Assembly: GCA_963704725.1 (NCBI GenBank)
Contig: OY969934.1
Location: 1 to 64,000 of the forward strand
Direction: 5' to 3'
Origin: an uncultured Actinomycetes bacterium
GTDB lineage: Bacteria; Actinomycetota; UBA4738; HRBIN12
Length of the DNA stretch: 64,000 bases
Part shown: positions 31,367 through 40,700 of the stretch, piece by piece
Layout: each line of letters starts with the position of its first letter
How positions within the stretch are numbered: the first letter of the stretch is position 1
Notes under the pieces: generated by a model
What the model was told of the DNA's origin: nothing
Seen by the model: the letters and a program-made list of their open reading frames with translations, nothing else
The model's database searches: none
Position numbers and translations under genes: made by a program

Positions 31367-33023
31367 TCTTCGGCCCGAACCTCGCTCAGGTAGCGGATCG
31401 CGTAGGCGGCGGCCTCGGAGCGGCTGCGCAAGTTGAGCTTGGACAGCACGCTGCTCACGTGGTTCCCGGCCGTCTTCGTGCTGATGAACAGCCGGGCAGC
31501 GATCTCGGCGTTCGTCAGGCCCTCCCCGAGGAGGCGGAGGACCTCGGTCTCGCGCTTGCTGAGCACGCCGAGCAGCTTCGGGCCGGTGCGTGCCGGGCCG
31601 CCGAGCTCGCGGACGAGCGCGGCGGCCCGGTCCGCCAGCGCACCGGCGCCGGCCCGTTCGGCCGCTTCGACCGCCAGGCGGGCCTCGTTCGCGGCGACCT
31701 CCGGCTCGGCGTCGGCGAAGCAGCGTCGCGAGCTCGATGCGAGCGGCGGCGGCCTCGAGTGGCATCTGGAGCTCGGCGAATGCGAGGACCGCCGCCTCGA
31801 GGCGCTCCCGGGCGCCGGCATCTCCGGTCGCGCGCCCCGCCCTTCCGAGTGCGAGGTCCGCGACGGCGAGCTGGCGGGCCTGGCCGGTCGAGCGAGCGAT
31901 CGAGGCGAGGCGATCGGCGGAGCTCACCGGCCGAGGCGGCATCGCCGCGGGCCACCTGCACCTCCACGAGCAGGGCGAGCAGCGGCAGGGCGAGCAGCCC
32001 GTCGCCGACCTGGTTGAGCCGCCGATGCAGGAGCGCGGCAGCAACGGCGGGCTCCCCGCGGAGGAGGTGGAGCCTCGCCGTGGCGCGCAGGGCGTCGGCC
32101 CGGTCCTCGTACCCGGCGAGCAGGCGCTCGGCGTCCTCGACGCGGCCCTGGAGCATCCGGAGCTCGGCGAACTTGGCCGCCGGATGGATGCAGCGCGCTC
32201 GGTGGCCCGTGCCCTCGAGCTCGCGCAGCGTCCGGGCGAGCCATCCCTCGGCCTCCGCGAGCTGGCCGTTCGCGATCAGCACCTCGGCGCAGCACGTGCC
32301 ACAGAACTCGAGCAGCCCGGCGTGGCCCGAGCGCTCCATGAACGCCATCACGACCTCGTTCCACCGCATCAACCGGCTCACGTCGCCCGCGTCCTCGGCG
32401 GCGCGGGTCACGAGGCAGCACACGTCGCCGAACACGGCCGGGTCGGCGACCTCGCCGCCGGTCGCGGCGGCCATCGCCTCGTCGAGGCGCGCGAGACCCT
32501 GCTCGACGTCGCCGCGGTCGACCAGGGCGAGCCCGAGCAGCGCGATCCCGCTCGCCTCGAGGTCCGGGTCCCGCCGCTCGCGTCCCATGGCGATCGCGGC
32601 CTCGGCGTCATCGACCGCGTCGGCGGGGTCCGGACGCAGGCGCCCGCGCGTGAGCGCGAACCATCCGGTGTGCGGGCCGTCCGGGAGCTCGGGCAGGAGG
32701 CCCTCGGCCCGGGCGAGCCACCCCCGGCTCGCCGGCTCGTTGCCGACGGCCTCCAGGTACTCGGTCGCGAGCCAGAGCGCGATGCGCAGCGCTGCCGCGA
32801 GGTCGCCCCGCTCCCGGAAGGTCGCGTACGCCTGCTCGCGATGGGCGATCGCGGCGTCGACGTCGCGGAGCCACCAGAGCGAGAGGCCGAGCCCGTCGTG
32901 GGCCTCGGGCGTCTCGGCGGTGGCCAGCGCCTCCTCGAACGCGATCCTCGCGACCTGCCAGTCGCGCTCGGCGAGCGCCGTCGCGCCGCGCCCGAGCGGG
33001 TCGGTCCCGACCTCGGAGGCCAT
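31363..33023 (-). CDS. TPR-containing LuxR-family transcriptional regulator (frameshifted)
   Basis: Helical repeats (GLARLDEAMAAATGGE), C-terminal LSKRETEVLRLLGEGLTNAEIAARLFISTKTAGNHVS. Frame changes at ~31920 and ~31720. Confidence 0.85.
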
Positions 33024-33070
33024 CGTGCGCAGATCATGGCACGCCGGACCGGGACGAGCTCCCCCAAGAG

Positions 33071-34180
33071 CTACGCGGGGATCAACACCTCAGGCCGGCG
33101 CGTCGCGTCCTCGCCTCGGCGCACGAGGTGCCGGACGACGTACTCGGCGTCCCGGCTCACGCCGGGGAGGACCTCCGAGGCTAGCGCGTACTGGAACGGC
33201 AGTCCGACGAAGTACACGCCGGGCTCGCTCGTCGAGACGCCGCGCTCGTGCACCGGCATCCCGTCCTCCCCGAAGATCGGGAGGGCGATCCAGGACAGGT
33301 CGTGCCGGAACCCCGTGCACCAGATCACGTTGGCGACCTCGAGGACCGTCCCGTCCTCGAGCACGGGGCGGCCGTCTTGCACGGCGACCGTCTTCCCCAC
33401 CCGTCGGATGCCGGCCGCCTCGAGCCACTTCGGCTTCACGCGGACCAGTTGATCGCCCTGCGTCGCAACCTTCGCGCGCAACTTGCGGCCCATCGGCGTT
33501 CGGATCGTGAAGACGTGCATGAAGAGGAACCGGACAACGCGAAACCCGACGCGGCGCGCGAACGGCTTGTCGATGTCGAACGGGATGTGCCCGCGGACCG
33601 GCCCGGAGAGCCACGTCGGATGCGTCCTCGACAGCTCGAGCGAGATGTCGGCGCCTGAGTTGCCCGACCCGACGACGAGCACGGCGCCCTCGCGGAGCTG
33701 GGACGGGTTCCGATAGGCGGTCGAGTGCAGCTGCACGATCGTCGGATCGAGATCGCCCGCGATCGCAGGGACCCTCGCGTCCCTGTTTGCCCCCGTGGCA
33801 ACGATCACGTTGACGGCGCGGAACCAGCGATCGCCGGCCGTCACCACCAGGCCCTCGCCGTTCCGCCGGACGCCGTCGACGCGGACGCCGTTCTCGACCG
33901 GGAGCGAGAACCTCGCCGCATAGGCCTCGAGGTAGTCCGCCAGCTCGTCCTTCGTCGGCGTGGTGACGCCCTTGTGGGGGAACCGCCACCCGGGGAGCTT
34001 GATCGCCCACGCCGGCGTGAACAGCCGGAGCGAGTCGTACCGCTGGCGCCAGTTGTCGCCGACGCACGCGTTGCCGTCGAGGATCACGAAGGTTCGCCCC
34101 GCCTTCCGCAGGAAGTAGCCCGCCGCCAGCCCGGCCTGTCCCGCCCCGATCACCACGGTGTCGAACGTCTCGGGTCCCAT
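33071..34180 (-). CDS. NAD(P)/FAD-dependent oxidoreductase (flavin monooxygenase-like)
   Basis: IGAGQAG, WRQRYDSLRLFTP, LHSTAYRNP, VGSGNSG, WCTGF. Confidence 0.9.
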   Translation of the reverse strand: MGPETFDTVVIGAGQAGLAAGYFLRKAGRTFVILDGNACVGDNWRQRYDSLRLFTPAWAIKLPGWRFPHKGVTTPTKDELADYLEAYAARFSLPVENGVRVDGVRRNGEGLVVTAGDRWFRAVNVIVATGANRDARVPAIAGDLDPTIVQLHSTAYRNPSQLREGAVLVVGSGNSGADISLELSRTHPTWLSGPVRGHIPFDIDKPFARRVGFRVVRFLFMHVFTIRTPMGRKLRAKVATQGDQLVRVKPKWLEAAGIRRVGKTVAVQDGRPVLEDGTVLEVANVIWCTGFRHDLSWIALPIFGEDGMPVHERGVSTSEPGVYFVGLPFQYALASEVLPGVSRDAEYVVRHLVRRGEDATRRPEVLIPA

Positions 34181-34237
34181 CGCGCACCCCTTCCGTCGGT
34201 CGTGGGCCGGACGGTATGCGGGCGGCTCCGGCGGCTC

Positions 34238-34290
34238 ATCGCCGGAAGGCACCATCTTGGTCATGGGCGGCGATGGTGCGTTCGCACCAT
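34238..34290. promoter_or_regulatory. Two 18-bp operator boxes upstream of the flavoprotein gene
   Basis: Perfect palindrome ATGGTGCG-TT-CGCACCAT (34273-34290) and a degenerate copy ATCGCCGG-AA-GGCACCAT (34238-34255), 21 bp from TACCGT -10 on the minus strand. Confidence 0.65.
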
Positions 34291-34298
34291 GCCGGGCC

Positions 34299-35918
34299 CT
34301 AGGCCAGGCCGTGCTCGAACGCGAAGGCGGTGGCCGCGGCCCGGGAGGAGACCCCGAGCTTGGCGAAGATGTTCTGCAGGTGCCGCCCGACGGTGTGCTC
34401 GCTGAGCACGAGCTCGACGGCGATGTCACGGTTCGTCTTCCCCGTGGCGACGAGCCGCAGGACCTCGGCCTCCCGGGCCGTGAGGCCGGCCGGCAGGGGC
34501 CGCCGGTCCGCGAGGGCGGCGGTCACCTCGGCGACGTCGCCGGCCGCGCCGAGGCGCTCGAACGCGGCGAGCGCTCCCCTCAGCTCCCGCCTCGCGCCGT
34601 CCTCGTCCCCACCAGCGAGGAGAGCCCGGCCGAGGACGGCTCGCGCCCGGGCCGTCTCGTACGGGAGCCGGAGGTCCTGCCACTTCGCCGTGGCGCGCCG
34701 GAGCGCGTCGAGGGCCGCCGACGCGTCGCCCTCGGCGAGCGCGAGGGAGCCCTCGGCGGTCGCGGCCGTCGCCGAGAAGGCCGGCAGGTCGACGACCTCG
34801 GCCATCGCCCGGAGCTCGTGCGCGGCCGCCTGGGCCTCCTCGGTCGCGCCGGCGGCGATGCAGGCCTCGACCTGCGCAGCAAGGAGACGGGCGCGAGTGG
34901 GTGGATAGTGCGGCGCCGACAGGGCGAAGCGCAGCGCGGAGCGCGCCGCGTCGACTTCGCCCTGAGCGAGCCGGACGAGCGCCAGGCCAGGCTGTGGGTC
35001 ATCCCCGAGCTCCTGAGCCCGCTCGAATGCGTCCTCGGCGCCGGCCAGGTCGCCGAGCCGCCGTCGGATCTCGCCCAGCTGGACGTACGCCGAGGCGACC
35101 AGCCCGGGCTCTTGGCCAACGAGCTCGTCGGTCGCGAGCATGGCCTCCGCCTCTGCCTCCGCCCACGATCCGCGCAGCCGCGCCACCTCGGCCCGGTTGA
35201 CCCGGCACCGCGGGGTGAACGGCGTGCCCGGCGGCAGGGTGTCGCACCAGGCGACCGCGGCGTCGCTCCATTCGCCCGCACGACGGAGGTCGCCAAGCCC
35301 GAGGCAGGCGCCGATCACGGCGCAGTAGATGATCCCGGTGAAGTACGGGCTCAGCTCGCCGGTGAGGACCGCCGCCATGGCCTCGTCCAGCAGCGCGATG
35401 CCCTCGGGCACCCGGCCGGCCGCCAGGAGGGCCAGCCCTTCGTTGTGGACGGCCATCGCGACGAGGTCGCTCACGCCATGACGGCGGCCGATCTCGATCG
35501 CGCGCTCGGACAGCTCCACGGCGCGGTCGGGATCCCCGGTGTGCAATGCGACGGCCGCCTCGACCATGGCCAGGAACCCGGCCTCGGGCCCGTTCGCGAT
35601 CCCCTCGGCGTGCCGCTGCGCGCGCATCAGGAAGCCGGCGCCGACGGAGACCTCGTCCCGGATGAAGTGCTCGATGGCGAGGCGCGCCGCCACGGCGGCG
35701 GCACCCCGCTCGTCGCCGGCGGCCGCGTAGGCCGCGTAGGCCTTGTGTCGCAGGTCGAGGGACTCATCGAGCTTGGAGAGCCACCACGCCGCGTCGGCGA
35801 GCCCCTCGAGGTCCCGGGCCGAGAGCTCCGAGGCGTCCACCGCCCGAAAGCCGGCGTACGCGTCCGCCCACGCCCCCGCCGCCATCGCCGTCCGCGCCCG
35901 CTCGATCTCGATGCCCAC
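34299..35918 (-). CDS. TPR-containing LuxR-family transcriptional regulator
   Basis: LLDEAMAAV..GELSP..TGIIYC; C-terminal LTAREAEVLRLVATGKTNRDIAVELVLSEHTVGRHLQNIFAKLG. Confidence 0.9.
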   Translation of the reverse strand: MGIEIERARTAMAAGAWADAYAGFRAVDASELSARDLEGLADAAWWLSKLDESLDLRHKAYAAYAAAGDERGAAAVAARLAIEHFIRDEVSVGAGFLMRAQRHAEGIANGPEAGFLAMVEAAVALHTGDPDRAVELSERAIEIGRRHGVSDLVAMAVHNEGLALLAAGRVPEGIALLDEAMAAVLTGELSPYFTGIIYCAVIGACLGLGDLRRAGEWSDAAVAWCDTLPPGTPFTPRCRVNRAEVARLRGSWAEAEAEAMLATDELVGQEPGLVASAYVQLGEIRRRLGDLAGAEDAFERAQELGDDPQPGLALVRLAQGEVDAARSALRFALSAPHYPPTRARLLAAQVEACIAAGATEEAQAAAHELRAMAEVVDLPAFSATAATAEGSLALAEGDASAALDALRRATAKWQDLRLPYETARARAVLGRALLAGGDEDGARRELRGALAAFERLGAAGDVAEVTAALADRRPLPAGLTAREAEVLRLVATGKTNRDIAVELVLSEHTVGRHLQNIFAKLGVSSRAAATAFAFEHGLA

Positions 35919-35969
35919 CCTGGTTCCTCCAACCGCGGCCGAAGCTAAGGGTAGAGCGCCCCGCGCGGC

Positions 35970-36905
35970 TCAGAGACGGCCGAGCGCAGGTGCCACCTCC
36001 TCGCCGAACCGCTCGAGCTGCTCCACGCCGTCCCCCACGGGCCAGAGGAATACGCGCCGGACGCCCGCCTCCGCGTACGCGGCCAGCCGTTCGGCGCACC
36101 GGTCGGCGGGTCCGACCAGGAGCCGCTCGGCCAGCTCGTCGGGGTCGCGGCCGACGGCTGGACTCACCCACTCCTCGAGCACGCGGCGCGCGGCCGCCGG
36201 GTCGTCCTCGAGACGGAACCACATGGTGGCAAGCGCGTTCGGGAACGTCTCCGGGTCCTTGCCGTGGAGCGGGAGCCGCTCGCGGAGCACGGCCCAAGCC
36301 CCGGCGAAGCCCTCCGGAGTCGTGTTGTACGCCGACGCCAGCCACCCGTCGCCGAGGCGCGCCACGCGGCGGAGACCGGCGTCCGAGCCCCAGCTCCCCA
36401 CCCAGATCGGCGGGCCGCCGGGCTGCGCCGGTGCGGGCTCCAGGCGGACGCCGCGGGTGGAGTAGAACGTGCCCTCGAACGGCTCGCCCTCCGGACGCCA
36501 TAGGGCCCGCAGCGCCTGGATCGCCTCCTCGAACCTCGGCCAGCGCTCGTCCCAGTCGAGCTCGGCGGCCTCGTAGTCGGGGCGGTACGAGCCCGGGCCC
36601 ACGCCGACCACCAGCCGGCCGCCTGACAACAGGTCGATCGCGCCGAGGGACTTCGCGAGCGGGATGGGGCCCCGGACGACGGCGAGCGCGATCGTCGTCG
36701 CGACCGTCATCCCACCCGTCGCCCCGAGAACCGACGCCAGCGCGGTCGGGCCGTCGAGCCAGGGCCGGCGGAACTGGAGGTGGTCGTTGACCGAGACGGC
36801 CGCGAAGCCGAGGCGCTCGGCCGTCCTGACGTACTCGATCAAGGTCGTCAGGTCGTACCGCGGCTCGTCCCAAGAGAGCAGCGGGAGATGCACGCCGAAG
36901 TCCAC
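35970..36905 (-). CDS. LLM-class flavin/F420-dependent oxidoreductase
   Basis: AERLGFAAVSVNDH, DLLSGGRLVVGVGPG, PPIWVG, RRVARLGDGW; GGAGG RBS. Confidence 0.9.
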   Translation of the reverse strand: MDFGVHLPLLSWDEPRYDLTTLIEYVRTAERLGFAAVSVNDHLQFRRPWLDGPTALASVLGATGGMTVATTIALAVVRGPIPLAKSLGAIDLLSGGRLVVGVGPGSYRPDYEAAELDWDERWPRFEEAIQALRALWRPEGEPFEGTFYSTRGVRLEPAPAQPGGPPIWVGSWGSDAGLRRVARLGDGWLASAYNTTPEGFAGAWAVLRERLPLHGKDPETFPNALATMWFRLEDDPAAARRVLEEWVSPAVGRDPDELAERLLVGPADRCAERLAAYAEAGVRRVFLWPVGDGVEQLERFGEEVAPALGRL

Positions 36906-36947
36906 CCTCGCCTCCTCGTCGCGGGACCGGCAGCGTACGCAGACCGG

Positions 36948-37331
36948 CTAGATCAGGCTCTCCCACAGCCCGAGCGTGTTGCCCTCGGTGTCCCTGAAGT
37001 AGGCGAACGCGCCCATGTCCGGGATCTCCTGCCGGGGCTGGACGACGCTCCCGCCGGCCGCCTCGATGCGCTTCAGCGCGTCGTCGATCGAGTCCACGTT
37101 CACCGTGACGACCGGAGACGGGATGTCGGGCGAGCGCAGCATCATGCCGCCGTTGATCGCGCCGGGCTCCTTCGGCATCATCTTGTCGTCGACCGGGACG
37201 GTGGTCACCGTCGTGTACGTCCCCTCCCCGAACTGCATGTCCTGCAGGTCCCACTCGAACGACGAACCGTAGAACTCCTTGGCCCGGCCGAGATCGTCGA
37301 CCGTGATCTCGAAGTGCACGACCTTGTCCAT
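36948..37331 (-). CDS. VOC/glyoxalase family protein
   Basis: VVHFEI...RAKEFY, AINGG, FRDTEGNTLGLWE; AAGGAG RBS. Confidence 0.9.
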   Translation of the reverse strand: MDKVVHFEITVDDLGRAKEFYGSSFEWDLQDMQFGEGTYTTVTTVPVDDKMMPKEPGAINGGMMLRSPDIPSPVVTVNVDSIDDALKRIEAAGGSVVQPRQEIPDMGAFAYFRDTEGNTLGLWESLI

Positions 37332-37476
37332 CGCCCACGCTCCTTCCCGACGCCGCGGCTCGACGGTCCGAGCCGCGCCCTCGGTTGTACCCGGGTCGAA
37401 GGCGCCCGCGCAAGGCACCGATCGGCCGACAGGAGGGAGTCCTCCTGCTTCCGGATCGGCCCGCAGGGCGCCGGGG

Positions 37477-38133
37477 TTACCAGCTCGCGCCGACCGCGGC
37501 GGCGAGGAACCTCATGAGCGGCGAGATCTTCTCGCAGCTGCGGACGAAGACCTTGGGGAGATCGGACCGCTGCATCTGCGCGTCCGTCAGCGGGACCGAG
37601 GCGGTGAAGCTCTTCCGCTTGATGTCCTCGATCATTGGGTGGCCCGCGTCGAACCCCCGCGGCGGGCGCTTCAGCGCGTCCTCGGAGGGGTTGAGCGTGC
37701 CGCGGACCTTCCTCCAGTCGGACGGGCGCTCGACGATCCGCTCGCGGATCCGTTGGAGGGCGGCCGGCTCGGGCATCCACATGCCGCCCGCCACGAAGCA
37801 CTCCCCCGGCTCGACATGCAGGTAGTAGCCGGGGCCGTGCACGCCGGCCCCGAGCGGGAAGTGCGCGCCCGCGTGCGTCTTGTACGGGCTCTTGTCTTTG
37901 GAGAACCGGACGTCACGGTAGATCCGGAACAGCGAGCCGCCGACGGGCCGGGGATCGGCCACGAGGTTGCGGCTCAGCTTCCGCAGCTCGGGGCCGACGT
38001 CGGAGATGAACTGGAGGAACGGCTCCTTGAGGGACTCCTCGTACCGCTCCTTGTTCTTCGCGAACCACTCCCGGTCGTTGTGGCGCTTCAGCTCGCGAAG
38101 GAACGCGAACGTCTCGGCATCGAAGTACGCCAT
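37477..38133 (-). CDS. DUF2461 (TIGR02453) family protein
   Basis: FLRELKRHNDREWF, FRIYRDVRFSKDKSPYK, LKRPPRGF. Confidence 0.92.
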   Translation of the reverse strand: MAYFDAETFAFLRELKRHNDREWFAKNKERYEESLKEPFLQFISDVGPELRKLSRNLVADPRPVGGSLFRIYRDVRFSKDKSPYKTHAGAHFPLGAGVHGPGYYLHVEPGECFVAGGMWMPEPAALQRIRERIVERPSDWRKVRGTLNPSEDALKRPPRGFDAGHPMIEDIKRKSFTASVPLTDAQMQRSDLPKVFVRSCEKISPLMRFLAAAVGASW

Positions 38134-38293
38134 GGTGTCCTCTCCTGCTCCGGGCTCGATCGAACCTCCGCCTAGTCTCCCTCACCGGCGGGATCGGTGG
38201 GACCAACAGCCCGGCCGGCGCGCGTCGCTCGACCCGGGATCCTCCCGCCGGGCGGCACTAGCCTCAAGCCGAGGCCGACGGAAGGGAGGTCCC

Positions 38294-39016
38294 GTGCGCA
38301 CGAACGCGATCGCCAGAATCATCGTCGCGTCGTCGCTGGTCATGCTTGGCGTCGCCTGCACGAAGACCGACACCGTGACCGGATCCGGGAATATCGTGGA
38401 ACGGGTCATCCGGACCACAGGGTTCGATCACATCAAGGCGATGACCGCCTTCCAGGTTCACGTCACGCTCGGCGGGCCCGAATCCGTGACGGTGCGGCTG
38501 GACGACAACCTCGTCGACCTGCTGGACGCCGGCGTCGCCGACGGGACGCTCCATCTCGGACTGGAACCGAACACGTCCTTCCGGGACGTCACGCTCGAGG
38601 CCGACGTCGTGGTGAGCGAGCTGTCCGGTATCGACGTCGAGGGGGCGTCGAGCGTCCGCCTCACCGGGCGGCTCGCCGGTGATGCGCTCGAGCTCATGGC
38701 TTCGGGCGCCGGCACCCTCGATCTGCTCGTCGACACCCGGTCGATCGACCTACGGCTGGAGGGTGGCTCGACGGCCACGCTCAGGGGGATCGTGTCCGAT
38801 CTCACCGTGCGAGGCGAGGGCGCGAGCCATCTGAACGCCCGCGGTCTAACGGCGAGCACGCTCGATCTCGACCTGGCGGGGGCGTGCACGGCCGCGCTCG
38901 AGGTCACGGGATCGATCTCGGCTCGACTCTCGGGGGCCTCAACGCTCCGATACGGGGGCACCCCGCAGTTCCTCCGTCCCGACGTCTCCGGCGCCTCGAC
39001 GATCACCCCTCTGTAG
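38294..39016 (+). CDS. Lipoprotein with GIN/DUF2807 beta-helix adhesin-like domain
   Basis: GGAGG RBS; lipobox LGVAC; GSGNIV, DDNL, repeated SGAS/EGAS motifs. Confidence 0.82.
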   Translation: MRTNAIARIIVASSLVMLGVACTKTDTVTGSGNIVERVIRTTGFDHIKAMTAFQVHVTLGGPESVTVRLDDNLVDLLDAGVADGTLHLGLEPNTSFRDVTLEADVVVSELSGIDVEGASSVRLTGRLAGDALELMASGAGTLDLLVDTRSIDLRLEGGSTATLRGIVSDLTVRGEGASHLNARGLTASTLDLDLAGACTAALEVTGSISARLSGASTLRYGGTPQFLRPDVSGASTITPL

Positions 39017-39191
39017 CCGCCGCACCGTTGTCGGCACCGAGCACGTGGCCGGTGAAGGCGACCGTCCCGCCGACGCGAACATCCGCCGCTCCACGGCTCT
39101 TCGTCCCCACCGATCCCTCTCCTCTCGGGGAATCCTTGACCCGACCGCTCCCGCCCGCCTAGTGTCGGCCCGCCCGAGGGAGGGAGACCCG

Positions 39192-40550
39192 GTGCGAACG
39201 ATCACGAACGCCGCGATCTCGATCGCGCTCGTGGCCCTGTGCAGCGTCGCGGTCGCACCGGCCGCCGCCGCCGATGAACCCGACCTCATCTTGCACGACG
39301 CCGTGGTGATCACGATGGACCCCGGCATCCCGCACGCGTCGGCGATCGCGATCTCGGGTGCCCGGATCGTTGCGGTCGGGAGCGACGACGAGGTCCTCGC
39401 GCTCGCCGGGCCGAACACCACGGTGGTCGATCTCGACGGGTTGACGGTGACGCCGGGGTTCATCGACTCACACGGCCACTGGATCGGCGACCGGGACCTC
39501 TACGGCGTGACGGATCCGCACGACGCGATCGAGATGGCGCTGGAGGGCGGCTGGACGAGCCTCGACGAGCTGTTCGTGAACCAGGACCGCCTGGACGAGC
39601 TCACGGCGCTCGACGCCGCGGGCGAGCTCCGCGTGCGGGTGAACGCGTACCTGCCCGTCAACTTCGGCCCCGACCAACGGTTCGGCATGTGGTTCTCGGA
39701 CCACACGCCGGGCGAGATCGTCGGCCCGAGGCTCCGACTGGCCGGCGTGAAGTTCTTCATCGACGGCTGCGGTCCGGACACGTACTACCTGAGCGAGCCG
39801 CACGCCGACGACCCGACGAACGTCGGACAGTTCGACTGGACGCGACGCGAGCTCCGTCGGATGGTCCGCCGCGTGCACGACGCCGGGTGGCAGATCGCCG
39901 CCCACTCGTGCGGCGACGCCGCCACCGACGAGATCCTCGACGCGCTCCGGCTCGCGTACCGGCACAGCGGCGTGGGCTCGCTCCGCGACCGGATCGAGCA
40001 CCTGATCGCCCTGCGCGACGACCAGATCGCCCGGATGCGGCGCCTGCACGTGCTCCCCTCGTTCCAGCTCACGTTCGTCGACTCGACGTGGGCGGCGGAC
40101 CTGCAGCGCGCGTTCGACCCCGGCAGGTTCGACCTCCTCGGGCGATGGCGCGACCTGGCGAGCGACCCACGGCTCCACGCGGTCGGCAGCACGGACAGCC
40201 CGTATGGCGAGGGCGCGCCCCTGCGGCCGTCCACGGTGATGGAGGCGCTCGCGGAGGCGACGACGCGGGTCGGCGCGCCCGGCGTCGCGCCGACCACGTA
40301 CATGCTCGACCAGCGCCTGACGGTGATGCAGGGGCTCCGGCTCCTCACGATCCGGGGTGCGTACGCGATCTCCGCCGAGGACGACCTCGGCTCCCTCGCC
40401 GTGGGCAAGCTCGCCGACCTCGTCGTGCTCTCCGACGACCCGCGGGCGGTCCCGCGCACCGAGCTCGGACAGGTCGACGTGGCGATGGTGTTCGTCGGCG
40501 GCGGCCTCGAGGTCTGCGCCGCCGGCTACGAGACCCGCTGCCCGGGCTGA
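39192..40550 (+). CDS. Secreted amidohydrolase (Amidohydro_3/YtcJ-like)
   Basis: Signal peptide; PGFIDSHGH, KFFIDG, AHSCGD, RIEH, GSTDSP, GSLAVGKLADLVVL. Confidence 0.88.
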   Translation: MRTITNAAISIALVALCSVAVAPAAAADEPDLILHDAVVITMDPGIPHASAIAISGARIVAVGSDDEVLALAGPNTTVVDLDGLTVTPGFIDSHGHWIGDRDLYGVTDPHDAIEMALEGGWTSLDELFVNQDRLDELTALDAAGELRVRVNAYLPVNFGPDQRFGMWFSDHTPGEIVGPRLRLAGVKFFIDGCGPDTYYLSEPHADDPTNVGQFDWTRRELRRMVRRVHDAGWQIAAHSCGDAATDEILDALRLAYRHSGVGSLRDRIEHLIALRDDQIARMRRLHVLPSFQLTFVDSTWAADLQRAFDPGRFDLLGRWRDLASDPRLHAVGSTDSPYGEGAPLRPSTVMEALAEATTRVGAPGVAPTTYMLDQRLTVMQGLRLLTIRGAYAISAEDDLGSLAVGKLADLVVLSDDPRAVPRTELGQVDVAMVFVGGGLEVCAAGYETRCPG

Positions 40551-40700
40551 GGCCAACCCCACCCCTCGACCCGAGGCAGCCCCACTCGAAGTCTGCAACC
40601 CGCACCAATGGAACCCCGCTCCGCTCTCCCTAGCGTGGCGCTCGACGGAGAAGGCGCGCCGCGGCGTCACCGCCGGGCCGACACCCAAGGGAGGGAGCTC

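Noticed and set aside
26875-36905. Possible secondary-metabolite biosynthetic cluster (P450, cyclase-like, flavoproteins, LuxR)
   Set aside because: No scaffold-forming enzyme (PKS, NRPS, terpene, RiPP precursor); the genes form separate small regulons.
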